From: Tistrella mobilis
GTDB taxonomy: Bacteria; Pseudomonadota; Alphaproteobacteria; Tistrellales; Tistrellaceae
Length of the DNA stretch: 64,000 nucleotides
Direction: 5' to 3'
NCBI RefSeq assembly: GCF_039634785.1
Contig: NZ_JBBIAB010000003.1
Span: 13,724-77,723, forward strand
The position numbers were made by a program, and so were the translations under genes. This document shows, in pieces, positions 35,736-64,000 of this stretch. Position 1 is the stretch's first letter. The number at the start of each line of letters is the position of its first letter. The notes under the pieces were generated by a model. The model had not been told where the DNA came from. It worked only from the letters and a program-made list of their open reading frames with translations, and did not search any database.

Positions 35736-38700
35736 TCATGATGCCGTCCGATCCTTCAATCTCTGCTGAAGCAGTGCATCGGGCGGTGGCGGTTCCACCA
35801 GCACCTTGCGCCGCTTCCGCGAAATCAGAGTATAAACCGCAGGTATGACGAACAGCGACACGAACGTACCAAAGGTCATGCCGCCGACGATCACCCAGCC
35901 CAGTTCGCGGCGCCCGCCGGCGCCGGCGCCGGTGGCGATGGCCAGCGGCACAGCGCCCAGCACGGTGGCGATCGTGGTCATGATGATCGGCCGGAGCCGG
36001 GTTTCGGCCGCCTCAATCACCGCCTCGGTCCGGTCGCGGCCGGCATCGCGCAGCTGATTGGCGAATTCGGTGATCAGGATGCCGTGCTTGGCGATCAGGC
36101 CGATCAGGGTCACGAAGCCGATGAAGCTGTAGATGTTCAGCCCGCCGCCGGTCTCGCTCAGGGTGAAGATCGCACCGGCCACCGCCAGCGGCGCGATGGC
36201 CAGCACGATCACCGGGTCGCGGAAGCTTTCGAACTGGGCGCTCAGCATGAAGAAGATGAACACCAGCGCCAGCAGCAGCACCAGACCGGCCGAGCCGCTT
36301 TCCTGCGAAGCCTTGGCGGCGTCGCCGGCCAGCACCGGCTTCATGCCCGGCTGCAGCACCTCGCCCATCAGCGGCATCAGCGCCTGGAAGGCTTCGGCCA
36401 GTTGATGACCGGGGGCGACCGCTGCCGTAAAGGTGGCCGAGCGCAGGCCGTCGGTGTGCTCCAGCGTGTCGGCGCCGACGGTGCGGCGCAGCTCCACGAA
36501 ATCGCGCAGCGGCAGCGGATCGACGCTCTTGCCGCGGATTTCCAGCGTGTTGATCGTCTCCACCTGGCCCCGCCATTCGGGCGGCAGGTCGATGATCACC
36601 TTGTAGAGTTCGCCGCGGTTGGTGAAGGTGGAAACCGGGTTGCCGCCCAGCGCCGCCTGCAGCGTGTCGCCCAGCGCGGTTGCCGTCACCCCCTGCTCGC
36701 CCGCGCCGTCGCGGTCCAGCGTCACCTCCAGCTGCGGCCGGTCCAGCTCCAGGCTGGAGGCCGGGTCCGCGATCGACGGCAGCTCGCGGGCCTTCGTCAC
36801 CAGCCGGTCCATGGTCCGGGCCAGATCGTCATAGCTGCCGGTGGTGGTGATCATCAGCTGGATCGGCCGCGAACTGCCGCCGCCACCCAGCGGGCTGACC
36901 TGCAGAACGTCGATCCGCAGGCCCTGGATCGCCGCCAGCAGCGGCTTCAGCGCATCACCGATTTCGGTGGCGCTGCGGCTGCGTTCCCCCCAGGGCTTCA
37001 GCAGCAGATAGGCATTGGCGGCGGACGGCTTGGGGCTGCCGAGCAGGGTGAGGACGCCGGTCGCCTCGGGCACGGTTTTCAGCACCGCCTCCACCCGGGC
37101 GATCTGATCCTGAAGATGATCGAGGGTCGAGGTGCCGCGCGCCTCGATATCGAACAGGATATAGCCCTGATCCTCGACCGGCGCGAAGGCGAAGTTCAGC
37201 CGGCTGGTCGCCGAGAAGCCGACATAGAGGGCGGCGATCACCCCCAGCAGCACCAGCCAGCGCCGGTGCAGCAGCCAGCCCAGCAGCCGGGCATAGCCGC
37301 GGGCCAGCGCCTCGGTCGCCCGTTCCACCCTGCGGGCATAGCCGTGTTCGGCCCGGGCACCGATCAGCCGCGCGCACATCATCGGCGACAGCGTGCGGGC
37401 GATGAAGCCCGAAATCAGCACGGCCCCCGCCAGAGTGAAGGCGAATTCCCGGAACAGCATGCCGATCTGGCCGCCGACCAGGCCGATGGGCGCGAAGACC
37501 GCCGCCAGGGTCAACGTGGTCGCGATCACCGCAAAGCCGATCTCGCGGCTGCCCAGGAAGGAGGCGGTGAAGGCATCCAGCCCGTCATCGACATGGCGCT
37601 GGACGTTTTCGATCTCGACGATCGCATCGTCGACCACCAGGCCGATCGCCAGCACCACCGCCATCAGGGTCAGGGTGTTGATGCTGAAATCCATCGCCGC
37701 CATCAGCCCCAGCGTGCCCAAGAGCGACAGCGGGATGGTGACCAGCGCGATGGCGCTGGAACGCAGCGAGCCCAGGAAGATGACCACCACACCCAGCACC
37801 AGGGCGACGGCGATCGCGATCGTCTCGAACACCTCGTGCACCGAGGCGTCGATATAGATCGTGCTGTCGAAGGCGATCTCGAGCCGGAAACCGCCGGGCA
37901 GGCCGGCCTGCAGGGCCGGCAGCTCGGCCTTCACCAGTTTCGCGATGTCGAGTGGATTGGCGGTGCTCTGCGGCACGATGCCGACGGCCACCACATCGCG
38001 GCCGTTGAAGCGGATGGCGTTGTCCAGGCTTTCCGGCCCCACCTCCGCCCGGCCCAGATCGGAAATGCGGACCAGATAGCCCGGCTCGGCACGCACCACC
38101 AGCCGGTCGAATTCGGCCGCGGTCGACAGCGCCCCTTCCACCACCACATCGGTGCGGTCGGTGCGGGTACGGATTTCGCCGCCGGGCACGTCGGCATTCT
38201 GGGCGACGATCGCCGCCCGGACATCGCCAATGGTGATGCCATAGGACGCAAGGCGGATCGGGTCGAGCACGATGCGGATGGCATAGCGCCGCTCGCCCAG
38301 CAGCGTCGCCTGGGCCACGCCGTCCAGCGCCGCGATCCGCGGCAGCAGCAGGCGGTTGGCGGTGTCGCTGATCTCCAGCGCATCATGGTTGTCGCTCGCC
38401 ACCGTCAGGAACATGATCGGCTGGGCGTCGAGCGATTGCTGCGCCACCACCGGCGCCCGCGCCGCCTGGGGCAGCGTGTCGGTCAGCGGCGCCACCTTGT
38501 TGCGCACCTCGTTGGCGAGCAGCAGCCCGTCCAGCCCCAGGCGGAACTGGATCTGGACCAGCGACATGCCGGCGCGGCTTTGAGAGGTGATCTGCTGCAC
38601 GCCCGAAATGCCCGAGACCGCCTGTTCGATCGGCGTGGTCAGCTGGCGTTCGACCTGTTCGGCCGCAGCCCCGGGATAGATGGTGGTGATGGTGACATAG

Positions 38701-38828
38701 GGGAAATCCATCGCCGGCAGCTGGCGGATGGACAGATGGTTGAGCGCGTAAAGCCCCAGCAGCGCCAGGATCAGGTTGATCACGATCGCGAAGACCGGCC
38801 GGCGGATGCAGAGGTCGGAGATCAGCAT
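35736..38828 (-). CDS. RND efflux transporter permease (HAE1 family), pump 2, paralogous to the pump at 21637-24735
   Basis: 1030 aa. N-terminus MLISDLCIRRPVFAIVINLILALLGL. 12 TM helices with large periplasmic loops. Confidence 0.9.
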   Translation of the reverse strand: MLISDLCIRRPVFAIVINLILALLGLYALNHLSIRQLPAMDFPYVTITTIYPGAAAEQVERQLTTPIEQAVSGISGVQQITSQSRAGMSLVQIQFRLGLDGLLLANEVRNKVAPLTDTLPQAARAPVVAQQSLDAQPIMFLTVASDNHDALEISDTANRLLLPRIAALDGVAQATLLGERRYAIRIVLDPIRLASYGITIGDVRAAIVAQNADVPGGEIRTRTDRTDVVVEGALSTAAEFDRLVVRAEPGYLVRISDLGRAEVGPESLDNAIRFNGRDVVAVGIVPQSTANPLDIAKLVKAELPALQAGLPGGFRLEIAFDSTIYIDASVHEVFETIAIAVALVLGVVVIFLGSLRSSAIALVTIPLSLLGTLGLMAAMDFSINTLTLMAVVLAIGLVVDDAIVEIENVQRHVDDGLDAFTASFLGSREIGFAVIATTLTLAAVFAPIGLVGGQIGMLFREFAFTLAGAVLISGFIARTLSPMMCARLIGARAEHGYARRVERATEALARGYARLLGWLLHRRWLVLLGVIAALYVGFSATSRLNFAFAPVEDQGYILFDIEARGTSTLDHLQDQIARVEAVLKTVPEATGVLTLLGSPKPSAANAYLLLKPWGERSRSATEIGDALKPLLAAIQGLRIDVLQVSPLGGGGSSRPIQLMITTTGSYDDLARTMDRLVTKARELPSIADPASSLELDRPQLEVTLDRDGAGEQGVTATALGDTLQAALGGNPVSTFTNRGELYKVIIDLPPEWRGQVETINTLEIRGKSVDPLPLRDFVELRRTVGADTLEHTDGLRSATFTAAVAPGHQLAEAFQALMPLMGEVLQPGMKPVLAGDAAKASQESGSAGLVLLLALVFIFFMLSAQFESFRDPVIVLAIAPLAVAGAIFTLSETGGGLNIYSFIGFVTLIGLIAKHGILITEFANQLRDAGRDRTEAVIEAAETRLRPIIMTTIATVLGAVPLAIATGAGAGGRRELGWVIVGGMTFGTFVSLFVIPAVYTLISRKRRKVLVEPPPPDALLQQRLKDRTAS

Positions 38829-39961
38829 CAGCCGCCCCCGCCCGCCGGTACCGGATCGATCCGCATGCCGTCCTCGACCTTGAACTGGCCTTCCACGATC
38901 ACCGGCGTACCGGCATCGAGCCCGGTCACGATCTCGACCGTGCCGCCATCGCCATCGGCACCGATGGTCACCGGGCGGCGGACGGCCTTGCCATTGTCGG
39001 CCACATAGACGTAGTCGCCCGAGAGCGACGACATCACCGCCGGCCGCGGCACCAGTACGGCGCCCTCGCGGCTGTCGAGCAGCAGATCGACATTGACGAA
39101 CAGGCCCGGATGGATCGGCCGGCCGCCGATTTCGGCCTGGGTCAGCTCGGCGCGGAGCAGGATGCTGCGGCTGTCGGGTTCGATCGAGGGATCGACCAGC
39201 GTCACCCGCCCCTGGATGGGGTCGGGGCCCAGGCTCTGGGACGAGAGGGTGACCGGCAGGCCGGTCTTCAGCCGGGGCAGAAGTTTTTCCGACACCCGGA
39301 AGGTCACCCGCAGGCGGGAGCGGTCCTCGACCGTCAGCGCCTCTTCACCGGGAGAGAGAAAGCTGCCGACCTCGATCTTGCGGGTGCCGGCGACGCCGTC
39401 GATGGGTGCGCGCAGGGTGAGCAGGTCGAGCTGGGTCTGCTTCACCTCCAGCGCCGCCCGCGAGGCCGCGACCGCCGCCCGCGACTGGTCGATATCGGCG
39501 CGGGATTTGGTGCCCCGGCGGCCCAGTTCTTCGTCGCGCTTCAGGTTCTGGGCGTCCAGCGCCGCGGTCGCCCGGGCGCTTGCAAGCTCGGCCTCGGCCA
39601 CGCGCTGGTCCAGCCGGACCAGGGGCTGGCCCTGCTTCACCGTCTCCCCCTCGCGGAACAGCACCGCGACCACATGGCCGCCGGATTGCGGCGACAGCAC
39701 GATGCGCGCCACCGGTTCCACCGTGCCGAAGGTGATCAGGCGATCATAGGCCGTGCCGTGACCGGCCTTGGCCACGCCCACCTTCATCGCCGGCGCCGCC
39801 GGGGGCTGCTGGGGCGGCGTGGCGGCGGTTCCGGCCACGGCCGGCCCTTTCGTCGCCCCCGGCGCAGGCACGCCAGGCACGAGACCGGCCTGCCACGCCC
39901 AGCCGGCGGCGCCGGCCAAGCCTGCAACGATCACCAGCGTGATCCAGCCTCTCGCCCTCAT
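38828..39961 (-). CDS. RND efflux system periplasmic adaptor (membrane fusion protein), partner of pump 2
   Basis: Start MRARGWITLVIVAGL (ATG 39959-39961) with GGGGAG 4 nt upstream. HlyD-family motifs. Its stop overlaps the pump start by 1 bp (ATGA). Confidence 0.8.
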   Translation of the reverse strand: MRARGWITLVIVAGLAGAAGWAWQAGLVPGVPAPGATKGPAVAGTAATPPQQPPAAPAMKVGVAKAGHGTAYDRLITFGTVEPVARIVLSPQSGGHVVAVLFREGETVKQGQPLVRLDQRVAEAELASARATAALDAQNLKRDEELGRRGTKSRADIDQSRAAVAASRAALEVKQTQLDLLTLRAPIDGVAGTRKIEVGSFLSPGEEALTVEDRSRLRVTFRVSEKLLPRLKTGLPVTLSSQSLGPDPIQGRVTLVDPSIEPDSRSILLRAELTQAEIGGRPIHPGLFVNVDLLLDSREGAVLVPRPAVMSSLSGDYVYVADNGKAVRRPVTIGADGDGGTVEIVTGLDAGTPVIVEGQFKVEDGMRIDPVPAGGGG

Positions 39962-40301
39962 CCCACTCCCCTGCTGCGGCGCAACACACCGCGAACGGTC
40001 ACTGGTCCGGGATGGAGGGTGACACGACATGGCATCACCTGTCTACTGGACCGCAACCAAAAATCCACTTGCACGGGAATATCTCCCGGCCTACCAATGG
40101 GCGCAACTTCATGGGCACCGAAACTGTGGCGGAATGCACCGTGCCGGATCCCATGGTCATCGATAGCAGGATCTGCGGCTGCCTTCACCTCTGCGCCATC
40201 CGGCGATCAACAACCATCGACCGGAACACCCCCTCGCAGGTTGCCGCATCGCCAGAGCCGCGCCTATCATCGCTCGATCACCAGCGGAATGAAGACTGCC
40301 G

Positions 40302-46696
<6,395 letters not shown>

Positions 46697-46700
<4 letters not shown>

Positions 46701-49700
46701 GCACGCTCCCGCCCGATACGCCTGCCGGCCGCAGCCTGCTTGACCGCATGGCCGCCCTCAGCCCCGCCCAACGCGCGGCGCTGAAGCAGCGTCTGGCGGC
46801 CCGCGACGGGGCTCCGGCAGCACCTGCGACGACCGTCGCTGCGGAGACATGGCCCGAGGTCGGCGCACAGGCCCCGCTTTCCCCCGCCCAGGCGCGCTTC
46901 CTGTTCCTGGCCGAAGACGAGGCCGGCGATGCCCAGGCCATGTCGCTGATGCTGCGCATCGACGGGCCGCTCGATGCCGATCGGCTGGCGGCGGCGGTCT
47001 CGGACGTCGTCACCGCCCAGGCGGCGCTGCGCTGCCGGATCCTGAACACCGCCCGGGGCCCGGTGCAGGAGGTGCTGCCCGCCCCCGCACCGGCCGAGGC
47101 ATTGCCGGTCGTCCATGTCTGGCCGGCGGAGGATGCCGACGCCGCGCTGGTTGCGGCGGGCCTCACCCTCGGCCGCGAGGGCTTCGATCTCGCTGCCGGC
47201 CCGCTTGCCCGTTTCCGCCTGTTCCGCTGTGCGCCGGATCTGCACGGGCTGGGTGTGGTGCTGCATCACATCGTGGCCGATGGCTGGTCGGCCGGGCTTT
47301 GCCTCGCCCTGATTCAGGACGCCTATGCCCAGCGGATGGCCGGCCGGCAACCGGCGCCGCCGCCTGCGCGTTCCGCCTTCGACGAAGCCCGGCGTCTGGC
47401 CGATCTGGCAGGCGGGGAAGCGCATCGCCGCAGGCTAGACCAATGGGTCGACCGTCTGGCCGGTGCACCGCGGCGGCTGATGCTGGATGGCGGGCCGGGA
47501 GAGCCGGGCCCCGCCCGGCACCTGCCCTTCCGGATCAGCCCCGCGCGGACGGAAGCCCTGGCCGGCCTCAGCCGGCGTGTGCCCGGCGCCACGGTCTTCA
47601 CCGCCCTGCTCGCCGCCTGGGGCGCGGTGCTCGGCCGGTTCACCGATCAGGGCGACACCACGATCGCGGTCGCGGTCGCCAACCGCCCCGATCCGGCGCT
47701 CGACCGCACGATCGGCGAATTCGCCGATCTGGTGGTGCTGCGGCTCGCCACCGCCGACGATCCGGGCGTGGATACCCTGCTCACCCGCACCCGCGATGCG
47801 GTGATCGACGCCCAGGCCCATGACGGCATCACCCTCGCCCAGATCATGGAAGCGATCGACCGCCGCCATGGCGCCGGGGCCCGGCCGGCGATCGATGCCG
47901 CCTTCAGCTTCCTGAACGTGCCGGCACCTGCGGCCGACGCCCACGGCCTGCGCTTCCGGCCGCTGCCGCTGCCGGCCGACCGGCTGGATTTCGCGCTCTA
48001 TCTGACGGCCCATGAAGATCCCGCCGGCGGGCTGGCCGGATCGCTGGGCTTCCGGCCCGACATGGTACCGCCGGCGCTCGCCGCCGCACTCGCCGACGCT
48101 TTCGGGCTGGTCGTCGACGCCATCAGCCTGGACGGCAGCCTGCCGGTCTCGCGCCTGGCCCTGACGACCGAACCCGCCGGCGACGACCTGCCGGTGGTGA
48201 CCGGCCCCGATGGCCGGCTGCATCTGGCGCCCGTGGGTCTGCCGGGCCGGCTGCTGCCCGGCCCCGACCGCGCGCGGCGGTTGTCCGACGGCCGGCTGCG
48301 GCTGCTGCCCGGCATCGACGGCGCACTGCGCCGCGGCACCGCACGGGTTCATCCGGCCGCGGTGGAAGCGGCGCTGCGCCGCCTGCCCGGCGTGCTCGAT
48401 GCGGCGGTCTGGACCCGCATCGGCACCGATCACGAGGCCCGTCTGGTCGCAGCGGTCGCGACCCGCATTCCGTCGATCGGGCCTGCGGGTTTCGCGGCCG
48501 GGCTTGTGGACGCGCTGCCGCCGCTGCTCCGCCCGGATGCCGTCCTGCCGGTTCACGCCATCCCGCGCGATGCCGAGGGCCGGCCCGACCGCGCCGCCCT
48601 CGACCGGCTGGCCGTGCCCGCGGCCCCGCACCGGGCGGATCGGGCGGCCCTGGTCTGGGTGGAGGCGCCGGCCCCTGCCCTGCAGCACCTGCCGCTCGAC
48701 AGCCTGCCCGGCACCGCCAGAGCGGCGGATGACGCGGACTGGCTGGTGCCGGGCGACCCGCCGCCGCCGGCACTGGCCGATGGCGGACCGCTGGTTCTGC
48801 CCGCCGATGCCCCGCGCACGCTGGATGCCGCCCTGATCGCAACCGCCGCCGGCCATCCGGGGCGCGGCATTCTGCATGACGACGGCCGCGGATCGCCGCA
48901 GCTTCAGGATTATGCCGGGCTGCTGGCGGCGGCCCGCCGCACGCTCGGCCGGCTTCAGGCGGCAGGGCTGCGCCCGGGCGACCGGGCGGTGCTGGTCTTC
49001 GCCGATCTCTCCCGCCATATCGAGGCACTCTGGGCCTGCATCCTGGGCGGCCTCCGGCCGGTGACGGTCGCCGTGCCCCATGCCGCCGGCGATGCCGTCG
49101 CGGCCAAGCTTTCGGGCACCCATGCGCATCTGGGCGCCCCGCCGGTGCTGACCGATGCCGACACCCGCGATCATCTGACCCGGATCCTGCCCCAGGCCCG
49201 GATCCTGGTCGCCGCCCCCGCCGCCGACACGCCCGAGGGCATTCTCCATCCGGCCGCCCCGGAGGATGTCGCCTTCATCCAGCTCTCCTCGGGCTCGACC
49301 GGTGTGCCCAAATGCATCCAGGTCACCCATGGCGGGGTGATCGCCCATGTCTTCGGCCAGGTCGACGCCTGGGGGCACGGCCCCGACGACGTGTCGATGA
49401 ACTGGCTGCCCTTCGACCATGTCGTGCCGATGCTGACCTGCCATCTGAAGGACACGGTGCTCGGCCGCCAGCAGATCCAGGCCCCCACCGCTGCGGTGCT
49501 GGACCGGCCGCTGCTCTGGCTCGACCTGATCGAACGCCACCGGGTGACGCTGGCCTGGGCACCCAATTTCGCCTTTCGCCTGGTGGCCGACGCCTTGTCG
49601 CGTGAGACGGGGCGGCGGCGCGACCTGTCTTCGATCCGCTGGTTCATCAATGCGGGCGAACAGGTGACGGCACCGGTGGTCGCCGATGCGCTGGCGGCCA

Positions 49701-52101
49701 TGGTGCCGCATGGCCTGCGCCCCGGTGCCGTGCGCAATGAATTCGGCATGGCCGAACTCTGCACGGTGATGACCGGCGGCATCGACTTCACCGCAGACGG
49801 CGCCTGCCGCCATGTCACCGCCGGATCGCTGACCGGCCGGCTGCGCGCCGCCACGGCCCCCGGCCCCGGCACGGTCAGCTTCGTCGATGCCGGCCGGCCG
49901 ATCCCCGGTGTCGCGATCCGCATCGCCGATCCCGACGGCGCCACCTGCCCGGAAGGCGTGATCGGCCGGCTTCAGGCGCGGGGTGCCGTCACCACCCCCG
50001 GCTATATCGACAACGCCGCCGCCAATGAAGCGGCCTTCGCCGATGCCGGCTGGTTCGACACCGGCGATCTGGGCTTCATCGCCGATGGCCGCCTGGTGCT
50101 GACCGGCCGGCTGAAAGAGATGATCGTCGTCCGCGGCGCCAATCACTATGCCCATGACGTCGAAGACGAGGCCGGCCGTGCGGCAGGGGTCGCCGCCACT
50201 TTCGTCGCCGCCACCGCCGTCGACCGCCCCGATCTCGGCACCGAAGGGATCGCCGTTTTCTACGTGCCCGAGGCTTGTCTGGCCGAGATCGGTGCCGCCG
50301 ATGATGCCGGCCCGCGCCGCGCCGAAATCGCCGAGATCACCGCCCGTCTTGCCCGCCGGCTCGGCATTGCGCCCTCGGTGGTGGTGCCGCTGGACCGGGC
50401 CGATTTCCCCAAGACCACCAGCGGCAAGATCCAGCGCACCGCCCTGCGCCGCCGGCTGGAAGCGGGCGATTTCGATGCCCGACTTGCCACCCTCGGCCTC
50501 GCCCCGGGCCGCGATCGGGGGCCGGGACTGCCCGACTGGTTCCTTGAGCCGGGGGATGCCCCCGCCCCGCCGCTTGCCGGCGCCCCGCGGCTTGGGCTGA
50601 TCGAAGACCGCCTGCCGCGTGGCATGGCGCTGGCCGATGCCATCGACCGCCGGCGCGCGCTGCTGGCCCGGCTGGCCGGCCAGGATGCCGAGCTGGTGCA
50701 GGATGCCGAACTGGTCACCGTGACACCCGCCGGCGACGTCACCGCCGCCGCGGTCGATGCCTTCACCGCCGCCGCGGCCGAGGACCTGCCCGGCCTGCAT
50801 CTGCGCCGGATCATCGTGGCCGACGGTACCCCCGAAGCGGTGGTCACCGACGAGATCGCCCGCGGCACCCTGCCGGTGGTCCACCTTACGGCCGGCGGCC
50901 GCACCCGGCCGGTGCTGCGCCCGGCGCGGCTCGCCACCGACATCCCTGCCCAGGGTATCGCCCCGGGGCAGTCCTGGCTGGTCACCGGCGGCCATGGCGG
51001 GCTCGGCCGGGCGCTGATCCGCCACCTGCTCGATCGGGGCGTGGCCTCCATTACCGTCATCGGCCGGCGCATGGCAACGATGGATGACCCGCGGGTGCAG
51101 GCCCTGTCGCTCGATCTTGCCGCCGCCGATGCCGGCGCGCGGCTTGCGGCCCTCGGCCGGTTCGACGGCATCGCCCATCTGGCCGGGCTCTATCGCGAGC
51201 GCCCGGCGGCCGAGGAAGACGGCAGGGCGGTGGCCGAGCTGGCGGCGCCCAAGACCGGCATGCTGCCGGCGCTTGCCCGCCTGCTGCGGGATGACGGGCT
51301 GCTGATCGCCTTCTCCTCCGTCGTGGCCCATCTGCCGGCGGCCGGCACCGCGGCCTATGCCGCCGCCAATGCGGCCCTCGAAGCCGAAGCCGCTGCGCTG
51401 CGCCGGCCCGGCGGGCCACGCCTCGTCACCATCGCCTGGACGAATTGGGAAGGGCCCGGCATGGGGGCGGCCGTCACCGGTGCCGCCGGCCTCGCCCGCG
51501 GCCGCGGCCTGCTGCCCATCCCGCCCGCCGACGGTCTGGCCAGCCTGGATGTCGTGCTGGCCGCCGGCCTCACCCGCGCGGTGATCGGCGCCGATCGCCG
51601 CCATCCGATGATCGCGGCCCGCTGCATCGATCCGGAACTGTCCCCCGCCCGCGCCCGCGCGGTGCTGCTGGTGGCAGGTGAAACGGCTGCCCCGGCGACG
51701 CTCCGCCGGGCCGAAGACGTCTTCGGCACCCCTGCCGGGCCCGGGCTCCGCCATGTCGATCATCTGCCGGAAAGCGACGACGCCCTTGCGGCCCTTGCCG
51801 GCGGCGGCGACACCCTTGCGGCCGTCGCCCCCCGCACGCCGACCGAAACCGCCTTGGCCGCGATCTGGTCGGAACTGCTGCCGGCACCGGTCGCCGGCAT
51901 CGATGCCGATTTCTTCGCCGCCGGCGGCCACAGCCTGCTCGCCGCCCGGATCGTCACCCGGATCAACGACCATTTCGGCCTGCACCTCACCCCGGCCGCG
52001 CTGTTCGATGCCCCGACCATCCGCGCGCTGGCGGCGCATGTCGACGGCATTGCGGCGCCGGGCCCGGCCGGAGCCGACGAGGATTTCGAGGAGGGCGCCC
52101 T

Positions 52102-52105
<4 letters not shown>
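46697..52105 (+). CDS. Hybrid NRPS module: C - (vestigial A-domain C-terminal fragment) - acyl-AMP-ligase (FAAL/AL-type) adenylation domain - ketoreductase - T
   Basis: ATGA overlap with the upstream NRPS. C domain HHIVADGWS (47263-47289). ANL domain with FIQLSSGSTGVPKCIQVTHGGV, NWLPFDHVVPM, EFGMAEL, GRLKEMIVVRGANHYAHDVE, PKTTSGKIQR. KR Rossmann WLVTGGHGGLG and SSVVAHLPAAGTAAYAAANAAL. T domain FFAAGGHSLLAARI. Confidence 0.9.

Positions 52106-64000
<11,895 letters not shown>

Noticed and set aside
36084-39008. 974-aa plus-strand ORF
   Set aside because: It is antisense to RND pump 2 and its MFP. There is no domain signal.

Overview
High-GC (about 68-70%) proteobacterial DNA, most likely alphaproteobacterial. 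The long ORFs reported on the opposite strand or in other frames are GC artefacts. I called the coding strand from recognisable protein motifs.

Bases 1-20 kb are ordinary chromosome-like content:
- A CrbS-like hybrid sensor kinase carrying a sodium:solute symporter domain, with its LuxR-type response regulator.
- An MFS transporter with an unusual ~135-aa loop insertion, an esterase and a LivK-like binding protein.
- MarR plus a 16-Cys four-helix-bundle copper-binding protein.
- A low-GC islet carrying a BrnT/BrnA toxin-antitoxin pair, sitting 3' of a tRNA-Met(CAU) and bounded by an 11-bp direct repeat of the tRNA end.
- An amidohydrolase/GntR/TctCBA locus, mnmA, tenA, a 2Fe-2S ferredoxin and erpA.

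From about 20.5 kb to the window end is a large non-ribosomal peptide/depsipeptide biosynthetic island.
- Support genes: two paralogous RND efflux systems, one of them translationally coupled to an Sfp-type phosphopantetheinyl transferase. Also a CPA2 antiporter, an extra fused SecDF, a type II thioesterase, and a SyrD-like ABC exporter coupled to an SPFH/Band-7 protein.
- At least three co-directional megasynthetase genes follow (40302 to beyond 64000, the third unfinished).
- Domain order read from core motifs is: C(starter)-A-T-C-A-T, then C-(vestigial A fragment)-acyl-AMP-ligase-type A-KR-T, then TubC-like dock-C-A-T-C-A(N-methyltransferase inserted)-T-E-C-A...
- Specificity codes read from the sequence are Gln, Gln (both exactly DAWQFGLIDK), Pro-like, Leu-like and Thr (exactly DFWNIGMVHK).
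- The predicted start of the product is acyl-Gln-Gln-O-(2-hydroxy acid)-Pro-NMe-D-Leu-Thr-..., a lipoglutaminyl depsipeptide strikingly similar to the N-terminal logic of didemnin-type compounds.

No CRISPR arrays, rRNA or transposases were seen.
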